DNA of 63,835 nucleotides, filler included, from Rhabdomonas costata (lineage: Eukaryota), in assembly GCA_019059605.1 (NCBI GenBank). It is 49 parts of 49 records of this genome, joined end to end, with 100 filler letters (N's around TTAATTAATTAA, not from the genome) between each part and the next. Parts side by side here need not be neighbours in the genome. Positions count along the whole stretch, not along the records: positions 1 to 1,206 come from JAHMHO010023658.1; positions 1,307 to 2,512 come from JAHMHO010023659.1; positions 2,613 to 3,817 come from JAHMHO010023660.1; positions 3,918 to 5,122 come from JAHMHO010023661.1; positions 5,223 to 6,427 come from JAHMHO010023662.1; positions 6,528 to 7,732 come from JAHMHO010023663.1; positions 7,833 to 9,037 come from JAHMHO010023664.1; positions 9,138 to 10,342 come from JAHMHO010023665.1; 41 more parts are not named here. One strand, 5' to 3'. Of the stretch, positions 1 through 11,647 are shown in pieces. The position numbers were made by a program, and so were the translations under genes. Below the pieces are notes generated by a model. It saw only the letters and a program-made list of their open reading frames with translations. It ran no database searches and had not been told where the DNA came from. Position 1 is the first letter of the stretch. The number at the start of each line of letters is the position of its first letter.

Positions 1-589
1 ATTGGTATACACCAAGAACCTGGCTGTTATTACACTCAGCCGCATTTCGCGGCTCTGTGCATGGTACCTCACAACTACCGCATTTACTCCTTTCTCATCA
101 TTATTTGATGTCTGGGCTGCAAGATTGCGATGTTACGCAAGCTTGAACTCCATATCCCAAACCGACTGGAAAATGCCTGCGCATGGTCTGAAATTAATAG
201 TAAATAGTGTGCTTTCAAATGCATGAGGCCTGTGGTGTTCTAGGCTTCTCCCTTTCTAACAAACACTCGCATATCAGTGAGTCTAAGTGTGGTTTCCTTT
301 TCTCTGGTCTGATCTCGGCTTTGGTCTGCCTCTCTCTGCTCTTGCGTGGCGGTTGTTCTTCGGCTTCTCGTCCCTCACTGGTTCTTCGCGTCGGCTCGCC
401 CTCAAGCACCGGTGGCCCAATGCTCTTTCCAAAGGCCTTCTCGTCAACTGGCGCTTCTGTCCTGTGCCTTTCTGCCTCAAAACGCCGCGTGCTTCCAGAA
501 CTCTTCTCTAGATCTCAGCTTGACTTGACCGCATCAGGTCATAAAACTTCCTTTCTGAAACCCCTCCTATTAGAAACAGCCCCTCCAGT

Positions 590-1030
590 CAAAAGCTGGA
601 TGTGCACAGTATTCACGTGATGATTTGATGATAGTAAACGGCGCAAAACTTTGGAATCTTAAGGTCCTTCTTGGTCTCCAAATTTTCCCTTGTAAAACCT
701 GCGTTTGTTGATAAGCGCGTCTTGCCCAAAGAAAACGTTGTAATTTTCTCTCCTGCGATTTTGTACGCAACTGTTCAATGGTTTTATCAAACGCACATCT
801 TACTAAGTTCTATTTGTATGTCAGTTTTGCACTGGCAAGATAACAGGCTCTATTCTTGATCCAAGTCCTGGATCTTGCGTTTCTGACAAATCACATCAAC
901 ACTCTGGGTGATACCCATAGTTGAGGTAAAACTTACTGTACCACTTGTTCGCAATTGATGCACAGTTGATCTCAATCTTCACCAACGCAACATGATCTTG
1001 CCACTTCTGCACATGCCTGCTCGCAATCAT
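590..1030 (-). mobile_element. Decayed Ty3/Gypsy LTR-retrotransposon integrase, C-terminal part
   Basis: The minus strand reads KWQDHVALVKIEINCASIANKWYSKFYLNYGYHP, matching the Gypsy integrase W..LxLxExAINxA...SPFYLNYGxHP motif. After stops and frameshifts comes FAPFTIIKS, resembling the GPY/F motif. Confidence 0.7.
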
Positions 1031-1206
1031 TTAACATAACACTTGAATTTCTTTTAATTTGTATTTTGTTTTAATCATTTGTTGTTGCGATGATACGACA
1101 AAGATTTCGTCTTTCAAATATCCGCCCAAAAACTTCCTAAACTCTTTCCAAAACAACTACATTGATAACTAATCCTGTAAATCGCGATGCTTCCCTGCAG
1201 TCCACA

Positions 1207-1306
1207 NNNNNNNNNNNNNNNNNNNNNNNNNNNNNNNNNNNNNNNNNNNNTTAATTAATTAANNNNNNNNNNNNNNNNNNNNNNNNNNNNNNNNNNNNNN
1301 NNNNNN
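1207..1306. other. Artificial contig spacer (N44-TTAATTAATTAA-N44); one of 48 such joins in the window
   Basis: The same six-frame-stop 12-mer flanked by Ns recurs about every 1.3 kb, and the sequence on either side is unrelated. Confidence 0.98.
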
Positions 1307-1450
1307 TATGTGTGGGAGGTGAGGTGCACCACAGAAAATTCTAATGAGGGCTGAAAGGGCAGGGAAAAGCAGCAAGAGACTGGCGCTACCTTCAGTTTTC
1401 GAATGCTTCTTCCTCAGAAATCATTCTTGCGTTTTTTCTTGGTTGTGCAG

Positions 1451-1678
1451 GTGTATACCTTCGACTTCGAGCGCAGCCTGTGGCGTACGGTGGGCCGAGT
1501 AGGGGATGAGTTTCCCCCGCGGATTTTCCCAGCCGCTGTCGCTGTGCCCGAACGGGAGCTCGTGGTACTAACCGGTGGGCAGTGGAGGAAGCAGAACCGG
1601 TCCTTCGATGACTCGTATTTCTTGCATCTGGAAAACACGGAGGCCTCCCGGGATGCCCACCACGATGCCAAGCCCTGA
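1451..1678 (+). CDS. Kelch-repeat protein, probable last exon
   Basis: A T-rich tract ending gtgcag precedes VYTFDFERSLWRTV...PPRIFPAAVAV...LVVLTGG...FDDSYFLHL, which has the Kelch Y/W and hydrophobic-GG pattern. The frame ends at TGA 1678. Confidence 0.7.
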   Translation: MYTFDFERSLWRTVGRVGDEFPPRIFPAAVAVPERELVVLTGGQWRKQNRSFDDSYFLHLENTEASRDAHHDAKP

Positions 1679-2663
1679 GCATCCCGCGAATTGACATATT
1701 CAGAATGTAATGTGAATGAAACATGAAACCTTGTCATGCTTGGTTTTGCCATGTGATGTCTACTGCATTGCCTGTAGTGGATGTTGTCCGTCGAAGAAGC
1801 TTGAAGAGGCGAGCCGGGCGGGGTGGTTGTCTGTTATCTGCAGTTTTGAACCTATTCCGTCAATACGTGCTCGAGCCATTGCTCTAAACGTCCCATCTTT
1901 TTTTTTTGCTGAAACGTGGACCGGACCTTGACGCCAACAAGCATTTACACAGAAACGGAGTGGGCAAAACAAAACCCAAACACATTTTCATATGCAGAGT
2001 GTCCCATTTAAAATGAAAAATGTACGGCATAGGTAAACTTATTATCACCCCCGGCGCGAAAAATACTTTTATCTAAAATGTGTCGCATAGGTTTACCTGC
2101 GCCAAATATACTTTTTGAATAAATTCTTCACTGTTTGTGCCCGGGTCCAGGTTATAGTGTAGGTGCCTGCGGGGTCCCAAATACCCTTAGCTCAGAAAAT
2201 CAATTGATTTGAAAAAAAGAAGCAGGCAAACGAAAGTTTACGAAAGCTCCCAACACCCACCAGTTAACGTGGTAGCACGGTCTCCAGGTAACCTACGCGT
2301 AGGCGTCTGCAAGCCCTGGCACGCAGCGCCAGGTTGTCCACCGCAGCCTTCACGTTGTCCTGCTACAGGCCGTATATGGCGGCCCGGATGCGTTGCTTGA
2401 TTGCGGCGCGCGCGCGCGCGCGAAAGAGAGAGATTGAGAGACGACCCTACTCCGGCACACCTTCGCCTTACCATGGCCCCAAAGGAAGAAATACGGGAGG
2501 GATAATTCTGAGNNNNNNNNNNNNNNNNNNNNNNNNNNNNNNNNNNNNNNNNNNNNTTAATTAATTAANNNNNNNNNNNNNNNNNNNNNNNNNNNNNNNN
2601 NNNNNNNNNNNNTTGTTTGGTGCATGTGCGAGCGGGTGCCTCCTTGGTAGCTGTGCTGCCGTG

Positions 2664-2891
2664 GCCACCCAGGAGCCGCAGCAGCACACTGACCTCGCTA
2701 TTTTACGCAAACGAGTAGGCGGAAAGCAGTTTGCCTGGGTGTAGCTCTTGGCTGCCGAAGACAAGCCGCTGCTGTTCGGCGGGGATGCCCTCTCGGTCGT
2801 TGATCAGCTGCATCAGCTCGCGGACGGGCGTGGTCGGTGGACGCCGCAATGCGATCGTCTTTCTCGTGAAGAGCTTCACGAAGAATTGAAT
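2664..2891 (-). pseudogene. Ubiquitin-like domain with one in-frame TAA and a C-terminal extension
   Basis: IQFFVKLFTRKTIAL...INDREGIPAEQQRLVFGSQELHPGKLLSAYSFA*NSEVSVLLRLLGG aligns without gaps to ubiquitin. The TAA is at 2703-2705, and the frame continues past GG to the contig end. Confidence 0.85.
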
Positions 2892-2953
2892 ACTCGCTGG
2901 TGTGAGTTCCACCGTGCAGAGGGCTGCCAAGGGAAGACCATGGGGACTTTCGA

Positions 2954-3817
2954 TTGCAGCTACGCCTGGAGCTGAACCTGAAGCCCTACGCGGCGAACGT
3001 TATTCGCGTGCTACGCCATCTGGCCTACCACACGGACCGGTGGACCAACCACCTGACGGTGCCGGAGGAGAACGCCATAGCTACAGCCTTCTTGGCTCTA
3101 CATTCTTCAACGTGGACGAGACTTTCACTGTTGTCGGCGCTGTTCTGCAATAAGGCGGAGTACTACCTGGAGACGCGCATCCGGGATGTGCTGGAGGTGC
3201 CTGCCGGTCTCTACCGGTCGCTACCGCAGTACAGCTACCGCTCCGGAACGCCATGTGGAACCTGGTGCTCGTGACCAACAACAACTCCGGCTTCTTAAGC
3301 TTACACGACTTGTGGAGGAGTATTTGCGGTCACTCTCCGGTCTTCATGCCACTTGCACGGAGCTCTCTTAGCAGACCCGTCGCGTAAGACGCCATACCTT
3401 TGCGGACTGCTCTCCGGTCCACCTCTACTGCTACACTAATGGCGTTTCCAACGTGACGGCCAACATGATCAAGCTTGCTGAGGGTCCTTCACCACCAACT
3501 TAGATGAGATGGGCAACCTCCTCCGGGAGGCTTGGGACCACATCTTTGCGCTCTACGGCGACTGCCACAATCAACGTTGGGATCCATTTAACGCGCGGTT
3601 CGGGCGCTACATTGTGAAGGTGCCGATGGAGATCAACGACCTCACGGGGAATGATCTCCTGGTCACACTATTGAATCAGTCCTCGCACTGCGCGGCTGAC
3701 ATGGAAGGGTGACGCGTGGCGGAGCTTAAGGCTTTGCCGCCACTCCTGCTGGACAAGATGGATCAGCTACTGAACCATGTGGAGAAGACAGGGCGCTGGC
3801 ATCGATTTTTGAAACAC
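2954..3817 (+). mobile_element. Decayed non-LTR retrotransposon ORF running into the start of reverse transcriptase
   Basis: Intronless frameshifted coding ends AADMEG*RVAELKALPPLLLDKMDQLLNHVEKTGRW, matching the LINE RT domain-0 pattern (A.GxDGW...ELK.LP...L..LLN.+E..G.WP). TGA 3710-3712 sits at the Trp. Confidence 0.7.
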
Positions 3818-4466
3818 NNNNNNNNNNNNNNNNNNNNNNNNNNNNNNNNNNNNNNNNNNNNTTAATTAATTAANNNNNNNNNNNNNNNNNNNNNNNNNNN
3901 NNNNNNNNNNNNNNNNNTGTTTTTGTTGGGTGTGGGCACCAGAACATCCACCACCGCGGCATCCCCCTCGGGGTCTGCCGTGACCATAGCGGGACCCACC
4001 TGTTCCCAGAGTAGCAATATCGAAAATCCCCATTACCCGCCCATTACCCCTCCTGCCTGTCCGGCCCAATGGCAGCCCATATGGCTCATAGGCCACAGGC
4101 AATAGGGGTCAACAGAGAGGGGGTACATCAAGTGGCCCTATCTAGGTTAGCTCTCACACCCTCCCCGGGCTCGAAAAACCAAACCAGGAGCGCTCATTCT
4201 CCTCGGCAAGAGCGCTCTTTCTCTTCGGAACACGCAAAGTGCGCGGAAGCACAACGGCGACCTGTTTGTACTTGGAGCACGGTGATTTTCTTCATCGGAC
4301 CGCTTCATCTCACTTGCGAAGCGACAACGCCCTTCCACAGAGCTGGCGGCCGAGGATGAATGGTGACCTGGTCCTCTGACGTTCCTTTTATCGTGTGGCC
4401 CAAGAGGAGAAACTGTTGCCGCTGATAACCGTTAGCTCCCTCCCAATCCTTAACCCCCTGCTCGAC

Positions 4467-4677
4467 CTGCAGCCGGTAGAACGCGGAGGGCTTCCCATGC
4501 TTGCCAATACAGCCCCAGCCCGTCCCACCGCTCAGCAGAAGGCCAGGGGCCGTCGTGGTGGTTGGGGGTGAGGTCAGGGTGGCTTGCAGGTCACTGCCCG
4601 CCAGCAGGCGAAGCTCCAGGCTGTCGTTGGTGCACCGCACCCGCAGAACCTCACTGCTCTTGTCCAGAAAGACGTAC
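4467..4677 (-). CDS. Exon of an unknown protein
   Basis: A GC-rich open frame YVFLDKSSEVLRVRCTNDSLELRLLAG...SAFYRLQ is bounded by cag and gt. No family recognised. Confidence 0.45.
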
Positions 4678-7600
4678 CTGAGCCACAGTGAACCATGAAT
4701 GGAGAAAAAAACGTATCTTATTCACCAGCACGACGGCAGGCGGGCTCGGGGAGCAGTGTGACGGCCTGCCGTTGCTACTCTTGACCAAAAGAACACCGGA
4801 AAGGTGAGGTTCAGGGTACAGGCAAGCCCAATGCACAATGTCCACAAAATGTAAAATTCTAGAGTCAGCAGCTTCTAAAACAGGTATAATTCCACCAACG
4901 TTTGTTGGTTTCAGTTTCCATAAAAATAATGCTAGAAAATACACGAGAACGCAGAAACCAGCTCTGCACCAGGAAGATAGTCTTATCGTCATCGGCGGAC
5001 CCGCGGACCGACGTCGAGAAGAAACAACGTCACAAAGAAAAAACCCATCGAAGAAAGAGAGGCGGCCCCGGGCACCAAACCCCTCTGCGGGATCCACCAA
5101 GTAGTCCAGCGAGTACTGCACCNNNNNNNNNNNNNNNNNNNNNNNNNNNNNNNNNNNNNNNNNNNNTTAATTAATTAANNNNNNNNNNNNNNNNNNNNNN
5201 NNNNNNNNNNNNNNNNNNNNNNGGTTTTGGGTCAAACGATATCACACGGGATCTAGCGGTTTACCGGCGGAACGTCACTGAATCTGTAGTATGGTGCAGC
5301 GAAAGCCCAGTCTTCAGACCAACTCATACCAGCACTGACAGGTGTCCGACGTGACTGTTCTGTGACAACGGCTAACGTGTTCGTGGGTGCCTGCTTCACA
5401 TTTCTTGAGCCTGCTCCATCCCCACCTCAACTCATTCATAAAAGGTGTAAGCTCTTATATCAGAATCCAGTGGTGCCTAACGCAGGGCGATGTTTTCCAG
5501 GCGACGCCTAACTTCAATTTTCTCATCTTTTCTCATCACTCAGAACACTTACATGTTTACCTCCCTTCTACCAATATTCTTACTTCCTATTTCGGAAAGC
5601 AACTTCGGTCGGCCTGTCGGCTCACTGTTTGCAATCCCGCTCGGTAGTTCGGTAGTTCGGTAGGGCGTCCTTACCGGAACCAGGGCTGGTGTTTCTGCAG
5701 CTGGCACTGACTATGTGCGTCGCTCTCTTTCTTCTTTAACTGTGCTCACACCGCTGGGTACTTAAAAGATTCGCCAATTGCGATTTGAAGTGCTTTTTGT
5801 ACTTTCCCTTCTCTCTCTCTCTCTCTCGCTACACTTGAGTGCTGCCAATTGTATCAACATGAGATTGCCCACAACCCGGATTGTGTGTTTGTGTGCGTTC
5901 GGTTGATTTTGTCTGTTCGCACTCTCACGGGTGCGCCGAAATAACATCCAAAACGCCGCTATGGGAACCATTGTTAAGTTCCGTGGCGTATTGGCTGGGG
6001 CAAAGATGTCGTAAATGCATCTGAAAGTGCCTGGCCTTTTGCGCTTGTAAACGCTTGCAGGTTTGCATAAACAAAAATGCAAAAACGGTCACAAGAACAG
6101 AATGGGGACGCGGAGACACAACAACACCCCGCGGCGGACCACACGAGGGGCACCCGCCCCCGTGTTGTGGCCATTCGTGCTTCTGCGCTTGCCGGAGCCA
6201 TGGGCGGCTCCACCACCACTCTTTCCCACCAACGCAGGGTGAGAGGCAGCGCTGCGGTGTGGAGTTCGGGCGCTTCCGCTGCCCACGGAATTCCTTTGCT
6301 CGCTGTCGTTGCGGGGACGAGAGCGAGCGTCGGTGGGGGTCTGGACCAGCCCCATGCTGCTGCCCAGCTTGGAATCGGCCAAGCTCACGATGGACTGCGG
6401 GAGGGGGTGGTCCAGACCCCCACCAACNNNNNNNNNNNNNNNNNNNNNNNNNNNNNNNNNNNNNNNNNNNNTTAATTAATTAANNNNNNNNNNNNNNNNN
6501 NNNNNNNNNNNNNNNNNNNNNNNNNNNAACCAGTGAACGATAACATAATGTGTGTATTAAGCCAACCAAATAGCCAACCAGCGCAATGATCCTTGGTTTT
6601 CCGTGTTTTCTCCCACCCTGCTCTTTCTTTGAATCTCTCTCAGAGCTTCAATTTTCGCATTTGTGTATTTCGGATGCCGTTCATGGTGGTGATGGTGATG
6701 CCTCTACACCCACAGCGCTTCTTCCTGGGGTTTCTCACTACCAGTGAGATTGCGTATGTCCTTCTGCAACATTCGGACATGTCCTTAGCCAATGGGTCTG
6801 CTCCTTCCTCGTCCTTCCTCTTCCCCAATGGGTGCCTGCCCGCGGCCCCTAGGGGGCTCCGGGCCCTGTGTTTTCGAATCCATCACTTGCGTCTGCCCCC
6901 TGTTCCCCTGTGGAAAGGTGATTCGCTATTGATGCATCGCTGTGACCTGGCGCTGAGCCTTTTGGATTTGAATCTGTCGTGGAAACTTTGAGCTTTGGAG
7001 TGGAAACGTGGCATTCCAACTCCGGGTGCTGGCAACCACTAGTAGGCGGCGCGGCTCAGCAGGAGCTTCAAGCTGCTTCACAGGGAAGTGCCGCACCCCA
7101 GTCGCACACCACACCTACCCCTGCGGCATCAGCAGCATTATGAGCGCCACAACGATACAAGAGGACACCCTTGTGGGTTTGCCACTTTCGACTGCTTTTT
7201 TTTACAAAGACCCGGGCTAATTTAATTTACAAAGTCGATACATTGGAGGCATATCCGCAGGTATTTCACACTAGGCCTTAGGCATGAGCAGTGCATACAG
7301 TACCCCAAAGGAGGAGGGGGTGCACCTCCGAAAGCAGGTTTTGAACCTCTCGAATTAACATTCGGCTCAACAAAGCTTGTGCCTATGGAGACACAGTGCC
7401 CTCAGAGTTTTGGATCCATCATTGAAAAGTTCGGAGGGCATGGGAGCCGTATTTTTCTGTAGAAGTTGAAGAATGAGCAAATGAGCAAAACTAGACAAAT
7501 TGGGGCAAAAACAGTCGAAGATGACGGGGAGGAGATCGCAGTCAAAATATCGCAGTGACGCTGACAACAATGGACAATTTTCAGTAAGATGGTTTAGCCC

Positions 7601-8124
7601 AAGCAGACCTTGCGTCTTTTGACGACAGTCTAATGTAAGTTGCATCTCTTTCTAAGAACATGGACCCGCAAGTATCTCTCAAATTCAGCACCGCCACCAG
7701 CTCAGTTAGATGAAAACTAGATCACCCACACANNNNNNNNNNNNNNNNNNNNNNNNNNNNNNNNNNNNNNNNNNNNTTAATTAATTAANNNNNNNNNNNN
7801 NNNNNNNNNNNNNNNNNNNNNNNNNNNNNNNNCGCCTACACTCTGTGCAGCGAAGAATGCAAAATATATAATCTTATTTTAAATTGTTAATGGGATACCA
7901 TGATTCACATAAAATTGGGCAAATACGCGAACAGAACGTTGAACGTTGAACGTTCGAGAGAAATCGAGGAGAAAACCACCAAGAAAGGTCTATCTTCTCC
8001 CTTCAGCATATGGCCCAGTTTCATAAAGAACTCCGCTGGTTTTGGGCTGTCAACGCCCACAACCGCCGTGGTGGTCATTAGCTGTTGAGAAGTCGAAGGG
8101 TTTGAAGGAAGGAAAGCAGCAAAC

Positions 8125-8940
8125 CTCCAGCTGGGTTTTTGCAGCGTGTATCTCCGCAGATTTCTGTTGCAGCAGATTAACCATATTCGCGCACTGCTTC
8201 TCCAGCTGCGCCACCTGAAGTGATGATCCGAAGTTCTCAGCATCGAAAGCCGAAAGCAATCGGGAAATTACGGCAACACATTCCCAGTTGGGTTGCAGTG
8301 GTGACATCGAGCAGGGGGGCTTGGCTCAATCGCCACGCAAGCTTTATGTGCCACGCTCCCAGTGTTCACGCCACAACTAGAAAATCAATCTACCGGGCGG
8401 GGGACAGAGTGGACAAACGCAACGTTCACAGTATTGGCTGGAAGCAAAGCGATGCAGCCATAATTTACGGGGAGAGTAGAAACTGTAGAATGGACGATGT
8501 AAGCAAGAATGGTGCACGCAGAGGAAACAATTTATAGAGCAAGAGATCAAAGAGAGGGGAAAGGGGGCCAAGAAATATAAGGAGATAGGAGTGGCAAGGG
8601 CAGTTGGAAACACGGGGCTGCTCCGAGTACATCTGTCCGCATTCTGCGTACAAACGCCCATCACCTCACCAGCAGGCGAGCACCACAGCACAATTCTACC
8701 TTCCCGTCCTGAGCCTGGCTAGAATCCGCTAGCTGCTTCTGCAATGCCAGCAGGGCGACATCCTTCTTGGAGAGCAGCTCCTCGAGCTGCCGAAGCTTCG
8801 CCTGCGCAACGGGGTCGATTGTCTCCTGAGGCCTCAGGAAGCCCTCCAGTAAAGCTCCACCACCGCCCCCATTGGAGGCGCCGACAAAGGAGGGCCTCAC
8901 AGGAGAGCCCACGGCCGCGGCCGTCTTCTGGCAGGCATAC
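8125..8940 (-). CDS. Coiled-coil protein, two exons (about 8940-8700 and 8214-8125)
   Basis: AQAKLRQLEELLSKKDVALLALQKQLAD...GK splices GT-AG in phase 0 to VAQLEKQCANMVNLLQQKSAEIHAAKTQLE. Confidence 0.6.
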
Positions 8941-10849
8941 ATTGGAGAGAAAGGGGGGAGAGGAGAGGTGGTGGTGGATTGCAGGTGAACCGACAACTGT
9001 GTGCCTGCCGCAGGCACACAGTTGTCGGTTCACAAACNNNNNNNNNNNNNNNNNNNNNNNNNNNNNNNNNNNNNNNNNNNNTTAATTAATTAANNNNNNN
9101 NNNNNNNNNNNNNNNNNNNNNNNNNNNNNNNNNNNNNCCGAAGGGAGCCAGTCAGTACGGATTGCCACTGGTGCAACAGCTCCCGCTGCACAAGCACCAC
9201 CAGCAGCACTGAGATGACCTCCCATCGGGAGCCCCGTCATCTGCTTCAGCACCAGTTGACACACACGGGACAGCTGCCTGAGACGGCCAACCCGCAAGTT
9301 CACACGAACCTGGTGGCACCCGGGTGAATGTCAGATGTGGTAAGGAAGACCACAAGGGAAGAGTCTCGTCTTTTAAACATTCTTCAATTACTAAAGAGCG
9401 AAATGACACCCTCCATTATTTTCCTCTACCACTTACTTCAAATCACGGCACACCTTAATTCCCCAATAGCCGAAGGCCATCACAAAATTTGAATTTGCAA
9501 ATTTTTGCCCATTTCTACAAATTACAGCAATTCCAGCGCCGCAAAAGCATGTGGGCATGGGCCTGGTCGAACCCCAGGACACCAGATGGCGGCTTGACAT
9601 TGAAGTCTTCGCAGCAACAAATTCCAAAGGTGCACCCTCATGCCCGGCACGCTCATCCATCAAATCGTCTTTGAACCTTGGACACAAGGAAGGTTGGAAG
9701 GTGGAAGCATTTCCAACCACTGCAGTAAATATAAACGAAAAAGGCAGCAAAGCCTATCCCCTTGTTTGTCACCGAGAAGCGCTTTCGGCCAAAAATAAAA
9801 AGAATGAAATGTCATTTTATTAAAGTTGAATAGAATGAGTGTCCAGCATGGGAAGGGACGGGGGGGGGGGGGGGGGGGGGAGACCGAAGTCGCCTGCAGC
9901 GCTATACAACCCTGCATTTAATGAAAAGCTGCAACAACGGAACCTAGCGTATGTGCGTGATTTCACTGACGAGAACAACTTATGTGTGAGGAGCCGCGTA
10001 AGCAGAAATTCGACAACACCTTCCCATTATTTGCAGTCATCGCACCGTTGAAGCCAGGAGAAGCAAACATCCCCGCATGAATCCTCGGTCGGAAAATATA
10101 TTGTGATTTGAGACTCAAGGTCCAATGAAATCAAAAAATGAACTGAACGCCAGAAGTTACAAGTTGCCCAGAAAAGAAGCAGGGAGGACCGTTGTTGTCC
10201 ACTTCGGAGTGGACGAGGCTTCAGGCCACATCTGAAGTCGTTAAAAATCTGGTACGCTGAAGACGAAGTCGAGGAGGACATCCCTCGCTTCACGGCACCA
10301 GAGCTAGAGTCTCGTCCTTGATGAACAGGCATCACAACAAAANNNNNNNNNNNNNNNNNNNNNNNNNNNNNNNNNNNNNNNNNNNNTTAATTAATTAANN
10401 NNNNNNNNNNNNNNNNNNNNNNNNNNNNNNNNNNNNNNNNNNCCGGTTTGATATCGCGGTGGATGATCTGCACAAAAGGCAGAGGCAGAACAACCTCAAA
10501 GGCAAAAAGCACATCCTCTCCCGTTTTTTTTTTGCACACTTCTCTCAGTCGCTTCGTCCCCTGTTGTTCTCCCCCTTTCCCCCGTCATGAAATCCGACAG
10601 ACAATTCTGTTCTCAGCACTTGCCCTGTGTTTGGGGTTGGGGATAGGGGGATAGGAAAGTGTGTGAGAGGGAGAGAGAGAGAGTGTGTGTGTGTGTGTGT
10701 TGGGCGCATTGCGCGCTGGCTGTTGCCTGGTTGACTGGTTGACTGGTTGGTGGTGACCACTGGGGACTGACTGGCGCACGCGCTGTTGGCCACGGGTGCT
10801 CGCGAGAGGTGCCGTTGGAGCGAACGGTGCCGTGGGGAACCGAAAACGG

Positions 10850-11647
10850 CTCACCACCGAACGTTCCACATCTGGTAACCTCCCTTCAGCCCCACGGGTC
10901 CCGGGCCATTGTCGCGCAGCTGCTCTTTTCCACCGGCTACCTGCATTGCTCCATTGCGGCTCCTACCTTGGGGGGCTGGGTCTACCGGTGCGTTGCGGGA
11001 TATTCCTGACCTCTTCCGCTGAGCCTCCGGTACCTCGAGGCTGCCTCACTGACTCTTTGCCCTGGTGCGTCTGCGAATACTTTGGCTTCCCGTTGGCCCT
11101 AGCATAAGGGCTTTGATTTCTTGCGATGCTCGATGGTCCGCTTCTACTTCTGCGCACTGGGTCCGTCTCTGCGCGGGTCTGTTCTAGGTGCTCCTCCCTC
11201 GGGTGCACAAATGGACACCGTTGGAACTTGCATGATATCCCGTGTCAGCACCGCACTCCTGGGGCACACGTGCTGGACTTGTAATTGCTATAGAGAGGCA
11301 CCCCGTCTCCCAGTTACTTCCTCAATCTCCGCTTCCCGCCTCATCTATTCGCGTAGCTCGTCCAAGGTCTTACTCTCCTAGACGTCCTTATCATTCAGCA
11401 TTGCTACCAGCTGTTGTGCGTACATCCTCTCACAACATGCGTGAATAAGATGCGGGCCTGGGTCTTCTGGGAGAAACACTAAGTCTTGCTGTGCCTCCTT
11501 GATCTGCTTGTCTAGGTCGCCGATCCATCTGGGTTTCTCCGCAGAGAGGACCTCTTCAGATTTAGGAGGCACCTGTCCCACACTGCTTGCGCCCATCTCT
11601 CTAGATGCAGCCTTTTCCATGCGACATAGGCTGCAAGATTTTCCCAA
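10850..11647 (-). pseudogene. Decayed intronless ORF with a CCCH zinc finger, possibly a retroelement ORF1/gag relic
   Basis: GVRC*HGISCKFQRCPFVHP gives C-x5-C-x4-C-x3-H with TGA at 11245-11247. Other stops and frameshifts lie nearby. Confidence 0.45.

Noticed and set aside
1251-1262. TTAATTAATTAA repeated at regular spacing, superficially like a CRISPR or telomeric array
   Set aside because: It is always embedded in N runs. It is an artificial six-frame-stop linker, and ORFs running into it are artefacts.
2703-2705. Stop-codon reassignment suggested by in-frame TAA in ubiquitin and TGA at Trp/Arg positions
   Set aside because: In-frame stops occur only in frameshifted relics. Conserved host exons (MVP, MoeA, AMPD, PAK, WD40) contain none and use standard Gln and Trp codons.
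8985-9033. Perfect 24-bp hairpin with a 1-nt loop
   Set aside because: It sits at the contig end beside an A/C tail, which is typical of amplification fold-back rather than a terminator or MITE.
9859-9880. Long poly-G run as a G-quadruplex element
   Set aside because: It is a simple homopolymer of uncertain length with no supporting context.
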